Shown piece after piece: positions 9,746 to 19,184 of a DNA stretch of 64,000 bases. Each line of letters starts with the position of its first letter. Within the stretch, counting starts at the first letter, position 1. The notes under the pieces were generated by a model. The model was given only the letters and a program-made list of their open reading frames with translations. It had not been told where the DNA came from and did no database searches. The DNA is from an uncultured Eubacteriales bacterium (lineage in GTDB: Bacteria > Bacillota > Clostridia > TANB77 > CAG-508): positions 16,919 to 80,918 of the forward strand of contig CAOKHL010000006.1 in assembly GCA_948468315.1 (NCBI GenBank), written 5' to 3'. Made by a program: the position numbers and the translations under genes.

Positions 9746-12325
9746 TTATTTTGTTATCCATTTAACTAAGTTTAAGTTTTCACTATCTAATAACATTTCA
9801 CTTGTTGGCATTACTCTGAATGTATAACCATAATTTCCTCCTGATGATAAGGAAATTTTTGCTTTGTAAGTATATCTTTTGTATTCTTTTTCTTCTTGTG
9901 TCAATTTCATTGGTACAACTTTTACTTCTTCTACTCGTCCATCATCAGATATTTTTCCACAATATACTTCTACTCTTACATCTTCTTTGTCTAAATTTGG
10001 AAGTGTAACTTTACAACTTACTTCTATTGCTTCTCCTGCTTCTATTTTTATGTTTTCTGGATTTTCTGATTGTTCTATTAATATATTTTCCCAATTTGTT
10101 TCTACATGTTTTTTCCAAGAGCTATATGATACAGCTTCTTCTAGGTTTGAATAATGTTTGTTATATAAGTCTACTAATGGCATATATAATCTTTCAGTAT
10201 AATCAACTAACATTCTTGCTGTACTGTATTTTCCACCAGTTGTAATTATAGATTGTTTCATTATTTTCATCCATTCTTCTGATGGTTTATTTTCACTTGG
10301 TCTATTAAAGAATGTTGGAATTATATTGTTTTCTAATGTTTTATACATACTTTGACTATCTGCTATGTCTTGTTCAGTATAAGAATTATATTCTGCATCT
10401 GTTCCAATTCTCCAGCCATTTGTCTGGTCATATCCTTCTGCCCACCATCCATCTAGTATACTAAAATTTATAACTCCATTTACAGATGCCTTTTGTCCTG
10501 ATGTTCCAGATGCTTCCATTGGTCTACGTGGATTATTTAGCCATACATCTACACCACTTATTAAATATCTTGACATTGCTATATTGTAATTTTCTAGTAA
10601 AAATACTTTTCCTCTAAATTGTGGTTTCATAGATATTTCATGTATGTATTTTATTAAATCTTGTCCTTCTTTATCTGCTGGATGTGCTTTACCTGCAAAT
10701 ATTAATTTTACAGGATATTTGCTGTCATTTAATATTTCTGTTATTCTTTCTAAATCATTAAATATTAATGTTGCTCTCTTATATGTTGCAAATCTTCTTG
10801 CAAATCCTATTATTAAATCATTTGAAGATAATCCAGATGTTATTTCTTTTATCTCTTCATAACTTACTCCTGCTCTTCTTAGTCTATTTGTTGTATTTTC
10901 TTTTACTAATTCTATTAATTTTTGTTTTCTTTCTATATGAGCATTCCATAACTCTTCATTTGGAATGTTTTTTATTCTTTTCCATGTATCATCTAAATAT
11001 ATTTTGTCCTGCCAATATGGAGTTGTAGGTGTTGCTAAATATTTATTGTAAAGTTCTTTTAAATTTTGTGGAAGCCATGAACATGTATGTATTCCATTTG
11101 TTACATATGTAATTGGTGACTCGTTTGCAGCTATATTTGGCCATACTTCTCCAAATAATTCTCTTGAAACTTCTCCATGAAGTTTACTTACACCATTTTT
11201 CTTTCCAACAATTTTTAATGCTAATATTCCCATATTAAATCCTGGTTCTAAATTGTCACAAGGTTTCATTCCAAGTTTTAAAAATTCTTCTCTTTCTATT
11301 CCTAAACTTGGCCAGAAATCTTTGAAGTACTTTTCTACTAAATCTATTGGGAATATATCATTTCCTGCTGGTACTGGTGTATGTGTTGTAAATACTGTTC
11401 TTGAACTTACTATATCTTTTGCAACTTCAAATGATAATTCTTTTTCTTCAATTGTATTTTTTGTTAATTCTAATGTTAAAAATGCTGAATGTCCCTCATT
11501 CATATGATATATTGTAGGATTTAATCCTAATTCTTTAAGGAGTCTTACTCCTGCTATTCCTAATACTATTTCTTGGCGTATTCTCATGTCTTGGTCTCCA
11601 CCATATAGTTTTAGTGTTACATCTCTATCTTCTGCTTTGTTTTGGTCTATATCTGAGTCTAGTAAATAAAGTGAAATTCTTCCTACATTTATTTTCCATG
11701 CTTTTAAATATATTGTTCTTTTTTGGAAATTTACTTTTATTAATAGATCTTCATCATTTTTATTTTTTACAGGGTTTATTGGTAAATTTTCTATTTCAAT
11801 ATTATGATATTCTGATTTTTGTACTCCATATCCTTCTATTTTTTGGCGGAAATATCCATTTTTATATAATAGACCAACTCCTACTAAAGGTAGTCCTAAA
11901 TCACTTGCTGATTTTAAATGGTCTCCAGATAAAATCCCAAGCCCTCCTGAATAAATTGGAATAGTTTCATCTAGTCCATATTCTGCTGAAAAATATGCAA
12001 TTAAATCTTTTTTATTTTCAGGATATTTTTTATTAAACCATGTGTCTTTGCTTGACATATAGTCTTCATAGTTTCTTAATACCTTTTCATATTCTTTTAC
12101 AAATGCTGAATCATTTGCTACTTTTTCTAATTTTTCCTGTGATACTCTTTTTAAAAATTTTACAGGATTTTTCTCTACTGTTTCCCATAGGTCTTTATCT
12201 ATTTTCTTTAGTAATCTTAAATATTCTGAATTCCAACTCCACCATAAATTATTTGCTATTTCATCTAATCTATTTATGCTTTTTGGTAATTGTGGCTTTA
12301 CAGTTATTTTATTAAATATGTACAT
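9746..12325 (-). CDS. glgP: alpha-glucan (glycogen/maltodextrin) phosphorylase, GT35 with DUF3417 N-terminus
   Basis: NNLWWSWN N-terminal block, GGLGILSGDHLKSASDLG, and EASGTSGQKA (PLP lysine block). 859 aa. Confidence 0.9.
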   Translation of the reverse strand: MYIFNKITVKPQLPKSINRLDEIANNLWWSWNSEYLRLLKKIDKDLWETVEKNPVKFLKRVSQEKLEKVANDSAFVKEYEKVLRNYEDYMSSKDTWFNKKYPENKKDLIAYFSAEYGLDETIPIYSGGLGILSGDHLKSASDLGLPLVGVGLLYKNGYFRQKIEGYGVQKSEYHNIEIENLPINPVKNKNDEDLLIKVNFQKRTIYLKAWKINVGRISLYLLDSDIDQNKAEDRDVTLKLYGGDQDMRIRQEIVLGIAGVRLLKELGLNPTIYHMNEGHSAFLTLELTKNTIEEKELSFEVAKDIVSSRTVFTTHTPVPAGNDIFPIDLVEKYFKDFWPSLGIEREEFLKLGMKPCDNLEPGFNMGILALKIVGKKNGVSKLHGEVSRELFGEVWPNIAANESPITYVTNGIHTCSWLPQNLKELYNKYLATPTTPYWQDKIYLDDTWKRIKNIPNEELWNAHIERKQKLIELVKENTTNRLRRAGVSYEEIKEITSGLSSNDLIIGFARRFATYKRATLIFNDLERITEILNDSKYPVKLIFAGKAHPADKEGQDLIKYIHEISMKPQFRGKVFLLENYNIAMSRYLISGVDVWLNNPRRPMEASGTSGQKASVNGVINFSILDGWWAEGYDQTNGWRIGTDAEYNSYTEQDIADSQSMYKTLENNIIPTFFNRPSENKPSEEWMKIMKQSIITTGGKYSTARMLVDYTERLYMPLVDLYNKHYSNLEEAVSYSSWKKHVETNWENILIEQSENPENIKIEAGEAIEVSCKVTLPNLDKEDVRVEVYCGKISDDGRVEEVKVVPMKLTQEEKEYKRYTYKAKISLSSGGNYGYTFRVMPTSEMLLDSENLNLVKWITK

Positions 12326-12444
12326 CTATTTTGTCCTCCTTGGTAACTTTTTCTATTTTTTCCTACTTGATATTATCTATTAAATTATATTTTTTGTCAA
12401 GGAATTTTACAGATTTTTCAGATTGGAAGATTTTGTAATTTCTA

Positions 12445-12473
12445 TTTACATAATTTTTGTTTTGTGGTATAAT
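12445..12473 (+). promoter_or_regulatory. sigma-A-like promoter with extended -10
   Basis: TTTACA, 17-nt spacer, then TGgTATAAT. It lies 30 nt upstream of the small ORF. Confidence 0.5.
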
Positions 12474-12504
12474 TAATATATTAAGCGAAAGGAGCGCATG
12501 CAAC

Positions 12505-12666
12505 ATGGAAAAAATTTTAGGGTTATCGGCTTTACTTAACAAAATTGACAATTTGTCTTCTGAGGAAGAATCGGAACTCCTTTCTTTATGGGGACAAATC
12601 TTTGGACACTCTTTAGGGCCTATCCCTAAAACCGTGGCAGAGCTTGTAAGTTTCTGCACTATTTAA
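12505..12666 (+). CDS. stand-alone 53-aa ORF of unknown function with higher G+C than its surroundings
   Basis: AAAGGAG lies 10 nt before ATG 12505. Product MEKILGLSALLNKIDNLSSEEESELLSLWGQIFGHSLGPIPKTVAELVSFCTI. It has its own promoter and terminator. No family recognised, and a structured RNA cannot be excluded. Confidence 0.4.
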   Translation: MEKILGLSALLNKIDNLSSEEESELLSLWGQIFGHSLGPIPKTVAELVSFCTI

Positions 12667-12711
12667 TAAAAATAACGCCACTGTAATTTAATATTCAGTG
12701 GCGTTATTTTT
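12667..12711. terminator. strong bidirectional hairpin
   Basis: aaaaataacgccactg / cagtggcgttattttt, a 16-bp stem between the small ORF (+) and tsaC (-). Confidence 0.7.
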
Positions 12712-12712
12712 A

Positions 12713-13324
12713 TTAACATCTAATTTCTAAACTTCCTTGTCTTAATATTTTTACCTCATTATTCTCAATTTCTACAATAGTAGAAGGAACTCCAATTTTA
12801 GATTTTCCTCCATCAATTATTACATCTACTTTTTCTCCAAATTCTTTAATAATTTCTTTAATTTCTGTAAAAGCACTTTCTCCAGAAATATTTGCACTTG
12901 TTGTTGAAATAGGAAATCCACATTTTTTTATTAATTCTATTGCAATATCATTTCCTGGTATTCTTACTCCAACTGTATCTAATCCTGATGTTAACATATT
13001 TGAAATTTCCTTTTTCTTATTGACTATTAATGTACAAGATCCTGGCATATATTCATTAATTATGTTTCTTTCTTTTTCATTTAGATTTAATACTAATTTT
13101 TCTATGTCTTCAATTCCACTACATAGAACACATATAGGCTTATTATAACTTCTATTTTTTATTTCAAAAACTCTTTTTATTGCCTTTTCATCAAACACAT
13201 TACACCCAATTCCATATACTGTATCTGTTGGAAATATTATAATTCCACCTTTTTTTATTATATCTACACATTTATCTAACTCTTTATTATTTATCCCATT
13301 TTTCCAATCAAAAATATATGACAT
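12713..13324 (-). CDS. tsaC: L-threonylcarbamoyladenylate synthase (YrdC/TsaC/YwlC family)
   Basis: FPTDTVYGIGCN and KNRSYNKPI YrdC-domain motifs. 203 aa. Confidence 0.85.
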   Translation of the reverse strand: MSYIFDWKNGINNKELDKCVDIIKKGGIIIFPTDTVYGIGCNVFDEKAIKRVFEIKNRSYNKPICVLCSGIEDIEKLVLNLNEKERNIINEYMPGSCTLIVNKKKEISNMLTSGLDTVGVRIPGNDIAIELIKKCGFPISTTSANISGESAFTEIKEIIKEFGEKVDVIIDGGKSKIGVPSTIVEIENNEVKILRQGSLEIRC

Positions 13325-13372
13325 ATAAATTCTCCTTCTTAGTATTTACTAATAGAAAATTTCCATCAAGGA

Positions 13373-14209
13373 TTACCCCTGATGGACTACTTCAATGCTT
13401 TTTGCTATTATATCTAGTTCTATCACATTCATTGCTGTTAAATTTTCTATCTCTTTTATTATTTTTTGCTTAAATATTTTTAAAGTTTCACGAACATTAC
13501 AACCATAAACTACTGATACTTCCATATACATTTGTGGTCCTTCTCCATAGTTTTGTACTCTTGTCCTTAATACTTTATAAATTTCGGGCATCTTTTGTGC
13601 TTGATATTCCGCTATTTGTCTAAATACAGAGTCTGATATTGTAAAATTCCCCATATAACTAAATGTTGGTCTTATTATTGATTTTTCTGATATATAAGGT
13701 TTTTCTCCTCTTCCTTTTGACTTAAATATTTGAAGAGGGTCTAATAAATATCCTGAAAAGTCTTTTTTTATTTCAAATGTTGGAACTGGTATTACATGTT
13801 TCCCTTCTGTTACTCTAATTTTTCTCGCTGTTTGCATTTCTTCATCAGTTGCAACATCCTTTATGTATATTGTTTCAGTAATTTTGGGAAGTTCTAAATT
13901 TTCTGCTATTTTTTCTACCATTCCATCAGAAGTTCCTAATAAAAGTATTTTTTTTACTTTATATTTTTTTAATGCTTTTTGTATTACTAATTTTTCATCA
14001 TCATGTAGAAATAAAGCCTTTTTTACAGTCTCAATTTTAGTTGAAGCCTTTTTTGCAGATTCTCCTGCTATTACTCTATTATCATTTATTAAAAGTCCAT
14101 CATCAATTATGAAATGTACATCTTTTTCTCCAGCTACCATTTGGGCTCTATAACTTTTTCCTGTACCTGAGGGACCTACAAAAGCATATACTTTTATATT
14201 ATCAAACAT
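13373..14209 (-). CDS. P-loop NTPase domain fused to an Asp23/Gls24-like domain; function unknown
   Basis: Walker A GPSGTGKS at the N-terminus. The C-terminal block ISDSVFRQIA...MEVSVVYGCNVRETLKIFKQKI...TAMNVIELDIIAKSI resembles Asp23. ATG 14209 follows GAAAGGAA. Confidence 0.6.
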   Translation of the reverse strand: MFDNIKVYAFVGPSGTGKSYRAQMVAGEKDVHFIIDDGLLINDNRVIAGESAKKASTKIETVKKALFLHDDEKLVIQKALKKYKVKKILLLGTSDGMVEKIAENLELPKITETIYIKDVATDEEMQTARKIRVTEGKHVIPVPTFEIKKDFSGYLLDPLQIFKSKGRGEKPYISEKSIIRPTFSYMGNFTISDSVFRQIAEYQAQKMPEIYKVLRTRVQNYGEGPQMYMEVSVVYGCNVRETLKIFKQKIIKEIENLTAMNVIELDIIAKSIEVVHQG

Positions 14210-14288
14210 ATTTATTCCTTTCAATATTACAGAGTAATTTAGATAATTTTTATTATAAAATTTATTTAAATTACTCCATATAAATATT

Positions 14289-15788
14289 TTAATATTTTTC
14301 TATTAGCATAACATTGTAAACATAGTCATGATATTTTGTATCTATCCTTTTTGTTTCTTTTAACAATCTTGTATTTTCTTTTGGGAAATCATCATTAAAT
14401 AGTCCCATATGTTCTGAGTCGATTAACCATATTCTACCTCTATAATCTTTTAAGAAGTCCCAATTTGTTACTGTTTCCATTCCTGGCCCATATGCTTTAT
14501 AGGCTTCTTCAACATCCCAGTGAGCAAAATTCAAGAAATATTGTTTATTATCTGGGAAATATGCTGCAACAACTCCACCATTTCCTATGTTTGAATATAT
14601 AATTATGTCATCAGAATTGATTTCTTCATTTATATAATTATATAGCTCTTTATTTGATTTATCATAATTAATCTGAATATTTTGTATGTTACTCATTATT
14701 GCTAATACCAATGTTATTGCACAAATGGCACCTGCTAATATTTTATTTTTTTCTTTAGATAATATAAATGCTATTGCAAAAATATATAATCCTGTCATTA
14801 CTAATAAATATCTTGAATATAAGATTGGTGTAACAATTGAAATTATAAGCATTATAGCTATAACTCCTATATAGGCTCCTCCACTTAGAATTGCAGGTTT
14901 TATATCTTCATTTTGTTTTTTTAATTTGTAGATTTTTACTCCAATATAAATATACATTAAAATAGCTGCTATTAAAGAAATTATTGTATGTAAATTAAGT
15001 GCAAAATCTGTATCTAATTGTCTTCTAAATTGGAAACTTAATACTTCTACTGTTGTATCTACTGGTTTTAAAGATATCCAAAAGCCTCCACCTACATGTC
15101 TTACTTGACCAACAAAATATATTAGCCATGGAATATATAATACTATTTGAATTCCTGCTAAAATCAAGAAATTTCTTAATACTTTTTTATTATTCTCTTT
15201 ATTTTTTATTAAATAAATTAGAAGTATTAAATTTACTAAACATGTTGTAACTAATGAATAATAATGTATATAACAACAACAAACACTAAAAATTCCAAAA
15301 ATACATAAATTCTTTTTCTGTGCTTTCTCATCTTTATTTATAATTGACTTATAAAATCTATATGCATATATCGCCATTAAAGCTACTATTAAACATGACC
15401 ATGAATACATTCTTAATTCTTGCGAATATGTATTCATTATTGGTAAAAAATATGTTAAAAAAGAAAAGAAAATTCCAACTTTATCTCCAAAATCTTTTCT
15501 TATATGTGTATATCCTAAAATTCCAAGTATTGCAATTGCCAAAACAGAAAATAGTCTATATACTAATATGTTTGCTCCAAATATTAAGTAAACTATATGT
15601 AATAACCAATAATATAATGCTGGATGAACATCATTTCCTGTAATTCTCCATATATCTATAAAACTCTTATTTACTATTCCTACTGTGTAACTTTCATCAA
15701 ACCATAAGCTTGTGTGGAATGCTGGAATAAAAATAAATATTATTCCTATTATTATTACAACTAAATGTATTATTTTTGATTTTTTCAT
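14289..15788 (-). CDS. polytopic membrane glycosyltransferase, GT-C fold (ArnT/PMT, GT39-like)
   Basis: 499 aa with many predicted TM helices and a soluble C-terminal domain. It sits next to a GT2 gene. The family assignment rests on architecture only. Confidence 0.5.
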   Translation of the reverse strand: MKKSKIIHLVVIIIGIIFIFIPAFHTSLWFDESYTVGIVNKSFIDIWRITGNDVHPALYYWLLHIVYLIFGANILVYRLFSVLAIAILGILGYTHIRKDFGDKVGIFFSFLTYFLPIMNTYSQELRMYSWSCLIVALMAIYAYRFYKSIINKDEKAQKKNLCIFGIFSVCCCYIHYYSLVTTCLVNLILLIYLIKNKENNKKVLRNFLILAGIQIVLYIPWLIYFVGQVRHVGGGFWISLKPVDTTVEVLSFQFRRQLDTDFALNLHTIISLIAAILMYIYIGVKIYKLKKQNEDIKPAILSGGAYIGVIAIMLIISIVTPILYSRYLLVMTGLYIFAIAFILSKEKNKILAGAICAITLVLAIMSNIQNIQINYDKSNKELYNYINEEINSDDIIIYSNIGNGGVVAAYFPDNKQYFLNFAHWDVEEAYKAYGPGMETVTNWDFLKDYRGRIWLIDSEHMGLFNDDFPKENTRLLKETKRIDTKYHDYVYNVMLIEKY

Positions 15789-15810
15789 TTTATTGTTCCT
15801 TTCTTTTTTC

Positions 15811-15901
15811 TATTTAGGTCTATTTCCTTGCTGAGTGCCGGTTCTTTTTTAGGGATTTAGGTAATTCCCTGTTGAGTGCTGGTTCTTTTTTAGGGATTTA
15901 G
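15811..15901. repeat. two tandem copies of the 41-nt intercistronic repeat family (also at 29096 and 31131)
   Basis: tatttccttgctgagtgccggttcttttttagggatttag and taattccctgttgagtgctggttcttttttagggatttag. Confidence 0.85.
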
Positions 15902-15959
15902 AAAATAAAAAATAAGGCTAGGACTAAAACTATTATTTTAGACCTAGTCCATATATTTT

Positions 15960-17189
15960 TTATGCTATTTCTTTTATTTTTACACTACGCACATGTTCGA
16001 TTTTTTCCCAAGATGTGTCTTGTTTAAATAAACATTTGGCGTTTATTAGAAGCCATGTTCCCATAAATAATGGATAATATAGTGTCCATTTTAACATTGG
16101 TTTTATAGGCTTTTTGTCTAAATACATTGTAAATAATGCTGTTAATATTGGTAAGAAAAATGTTGGTAATACAAATCTTATTATATTTAAGATTAATTCA
16201 GCTGTACCCATTGTATCAAATAAATATATAGCAAAATTTGATAATAGTAATGCCATTGATATTACAAACATAGGTATACTTCCTATAATATATAATAATC
16301 CATCAAAATTAAGCATTGACTTTCTTGTCTTTACTGATTTAGCTAAGTCTTTTGTATAAATTTTCATACATTGAATGTGCCCTACTGTCCATCTAGTTCT
16401 TTGTACCCAAGATGCTTTGAATTTTTCTGGTTGTTCATCATATACTATTGCATCTGTTGCCCAACCTAATTTTTTTCCTTTTATTATTTGTTTTAATGAA
16501 AATTCTATATCTTCTGTTAATGTTACTGTGTCCCATCCTGTTTCTTTTATTAAATCAAATTTTACCATAAAACCTGTTCCATTTAATAATGGTGATAATC
16601 CTACATTATATCTTGCTAAATGATAAAATCTGTGCATTGTCCAATAGAAAAACGCATATCCAGCTGATATCCAACTTTCTGTTGGGTTTTTTATATCTTT
16701 ATATCCTTGAACTACTTCTTCTCCTTGGCATAATTTTCTATTCATTACTTTTATAAAGTTTTTATCTACTATATTATCTGCGTCAAATACTAGAAATGCA
16801 TCATAATCTGCATTTTCTTCTATTTTTTGTTGTAAAAACCAATTTAGAGCATGGCCTTTGGTTTTTCTTGTTTCATCAAATCTTTTGTAAACAATTGCTC
16901 CAGCTTCTTTTGCAATTATAGCTGTATTATCTGTACAATTATCTGCTATTACATATATATCATATAATTCTTTGTCATAATCTTGATTTTTTAGGCTTTC
17001 TACTAAATTTGCTATTACTGTTTCTTCATTATGTGCTGGTATTATTGCCATAAATTTGTGCTTTTTATTTTTCAATAGTGGTTTTTCTTTAAATTTTATT
17101 AGTGCGCATAAGCTTACTGCTAATTCGTATATCCAGAATACTACTATAACATACACAAGCGCTTGCCTTAATAAATATACATATTCCAT
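15960..17189 (-). CDS. family 2 glycosyltransferase, membrane-bound processive type
   Basis: IIPAHNEE, VFDADN, TEDIEFS and QRTRW (QxxRW), plus C-terminal TM helices. Confidence 0.8.
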   Translation of the reverse strand: MEYVYLLRQALVYVIVVFWIYELAVSLCALIKFKEKPLLKNKKHKFMAIIPAHNEETVIANLVESLKNQDYDKELYDIYVIADNCTDNTAIIAKEAGAIVYKRFDETRKTKGHALNWFLQQKIEENADYDAFLVFDADNIVDKNFIKVMNRKLCQGEEVVQGYKDIKNPTESWISAGYAFFYWTMHRFYHLARYNVGLSPLLNGTGFMVKFDLIKETGWDTVTLTEDIEFSLKQIIKGKKLGWATDAIVYDEQPEKFKASWVQRTRWTVGHIQCMKIYTKDLAKSVKTRKSMLNFDGLLYIIGSIPMFVISMALLLSNFAIYLFDTMGTAELILNIIRFVLPTFFLPILTALFTMYLDKKPIKPMLKWTLYYPLFMGTWLLINAKCLFKQDTSWEKIEHVRSVKIKEIA

Positions 17190-17298
17190 CTATTTCTCCT
17201 TTTTTTACATTCTATTTTTTAGCTTTATATATTATACTATTTTTTTGAAAATTTTGCAATATTTTCTAGTAAAAATTTAGAAATCCTTAATTTTTACT

Positions 17299-17332
17299 AA
17301 AAAAGTGTACTGAAGCATACAGTACACTTTTT
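17299..17332 (-). terminator. intrinsic terminator after the DUF1540 gene
   Basis: aaaagtgtactg / cagtacactttt stem. Confidence 0.6.
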
Positions 17333-17335
17333 CTA

Positions 17336-17500
17336 CTATTCATTACATTCATAACTTGAACATTCTGATTCATCTGGATTTCCTGAATGTATATTTTCTT
17401 TTGGTGTTATTATAATAGAATCAAGTTCACATAGTTGTTTTTGGGCATTATTGTATTTACAACTTTCTACTGTACAATTTATTTTTTGTTTCTTATCCAT
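17336..17500 (-). CDS. DUF1540 domain protein (small Cys-rich spore-associated family)
   Basis: MDKKQKINCTVESCKYN...ECSSYECNE. ATG 17500 lies 9 nt after GGAGG. Confidence 0.7.
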   Translation of the reverse strand: MDKKQKINCTVESCKYNNAQKQLCELDSIIITPKENIHSGNPDESECSSYECNE

Positions 17501-17588
17501 TTGAAAATACCTCCAAATTTTTTGCAATCTCTTGCTTTTTTTAGTATACCAATTTTTTTAATTTTATATACACTTTTTTATAAGTGAT

Positions 17589-18521
17589 TTACAAGCTCAT
17601 ATTAATTCCTCTTGCCACTATACTTGACATATTTTCTATTAATTCATCTATCTCTTTAGGAGTTACTATCATATTATAATCTGTTGGATTTAAAGCTTCT
17701 TTTATTTCTTCATAATTATCTTGATCTTTTAGCTTATTTAGATAATCATTTGATTTTGCTTCTTGTTGAAGTTTATCTATAAATAAATCTAAACAATCAT
17801 TGACTAAAACTGCACTTTCTACAACTGTTGGAATACCAATTGCTACAACAGGAATTCCTAATGTTTTTTTAGATATTTCTTTTCTTGTATTTCCAACTCC
17901 AGCTCCAGGCACTATTCCTGTATCTGAAATTTGAATTGTACTACTTATTCTTTCTATACTTCTTGAAGCTAATGCATCTATTACTATTAAAAGTTTTGGT
18001 TTTATATTTTGAACAATTCCTTCTAAAATCTCTAATGTTTCTATTCCAGTTGTTCCTAAAACTCCTGGAGATATTGCACTTACTGGTCTTGAATTTTCAT
18101 CAATATATTGTGGTAAATATTTTATTATGTGTCTTGTTACATCTATTTCATTTATTACTTTTGGTCCTAATGAATCTGGTGTAACATACAAATTTCCTAG
18201 ACCAACAACTAAAATGTCATCTTTAAACTGTATATGTTTATCTATTACTTGTTTTAATTCTTGTGATAAAGTTTCTGCTGATTTTTGGATTTCTTCCTCT
18301 TCTGCTAGTTTTAATTTTTTTATATCAATTGTTATATAAGTTCCCACTGGTTTTCCTATTGCCTGCTCTCCGTTTTCATTTGTAATTCTTACTATTGATA
18401 CTTTTAAATTTTCATCTATTTCTTTATTTTCTGTTTCAATTCCATCTATTTCTTCTAAATTGTTATTTTTTTTGAAAATGTCTCTTCTTTCTAATGCTAA
18501 ATCTGTTCTAAAATTATACAT
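17589..18521 (-). CDS. gpr: GPR endopeptidase (spore germination protease)
   Basis: N-terminus FRTDLALE, plus VVGLGNLYVTPDSLGP and VIDALAS. 310 aa. Confidence 0.9.
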   Translation of the reverse strand: MYNFRTDLALERRDIFKKNNNLEEIDGIETENKEIDENLKVSIVRITNENGEQAIGKPVGTYITIDIKKLKLAEEEEIQKSAETLSQELKQVIDKHIQFKDDILVVGLGNLYVTPDSLGPKVINEIDVTRHIIKYLPQYIDENSRPVSAISPGVLGTTGIETLEILEGIVQNIKPKLLIVIDALASRSIERISSTIQISDTGIVPGAGVGNTRKEISKKTLGIPVVAIGIPTVVESAVLVNDCLDLFIDKLQQEAKSNDYLNKLKDQDNYEEIKEALNPTDYNMIVTPKEIDELIENMSSIVARGINMSL

Positions 18522-18541
18522 AAAAAATCCTCCTTAAAATT

Positions 18542-18570
18542 TAGTATTTCTTTGATTTGATTTTTTATGC
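18542..18570 (-). promoter_or_regulatory. possible forespore (sigma-G/F type) promoter of gpr
   Basis: Minus sense GCATA-N17-AATACTA approximates the GHATR-N17/18-CATxHTA consensus, with one mismatch. Confidence 0.3.
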
Positions 18571-18648
18571 AAATTTTGTTTGAAATGAGAATAGTATTTG
18601 TTTTCAATATATTCGCAAAAAGAAGCCATAAAATGGCCTCTCTTTACT

Positions 18649-19032
18649 TTAAAATATTATATTCTTTTCTTTCTTAAACCTTTCTAAAAGCCTTTCATAA
18701 TGTGACAAATTGTTTATTTTTTGTATTGTTTTTAATTTTAAAAACATATCATCTTTATCATCGTCTTTTTCAAATTCACCATAAAACTCATACGGAAGCT
18801 GAAATTGTTCCCTGTTTATAGAAAACTTTAATTCATAATTAAAACCCATTATATCCACATCATATTCATGTATAATAATTGTTATTATATCTCCATTTTC
18901 TTCTGATGTTATATAATCTTCTGTTAATACTCCTTCCACTTTTATTTGTTCTCCAATAATTGTCACAATAATGAAGCCTTCATTGTACATTCTTTCTGTC
19001 CGAAGTTCAATTTTGTATCCTAATTTTCTCAT
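18649..19032 (-). CDS. hypothetical protein (127 aa)
   Basis: ATG 19032 follows AGGAGGGAAAAGG. No family recognised. It contains an in-frame CGG at 19002..19000 in the context CTT CGG ACA. Confidence 0.6.
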   Translation of the reverse strand: MRKLGYKIELRTERMYNEGFIIVTIIGEQIKVEGVLTEDYITSEENGDIITIIIHEYDVDIMGFNYELKFSINREQFQLPYEFYGEFEKDDDKDDMFLKLKTIQKINNLSHYERLLERFKKEKNIIF

Positions 19033-19184
19033 CCTTTTCCCTCCTAACAATAAAATGAACTACATCTTATTTTTCTGCTTGTTTTATGTTATATATTTTA
19101 ACACAACTTTATGTAAAATTCAAGTTTTGCAGGAGAAATACCTATAATTATAAATTTTACTAAAAAAACGTATTATTATAAAAC

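Noticed and set aside
12363-12659. 98-aa minus-strand ORF overlapping the small plus-strand unit.
   Set aside because: It has no RBS and runs antisense to a unit that has a clear promoter, RBS and terminator. It would also read through the glgP upstream region.
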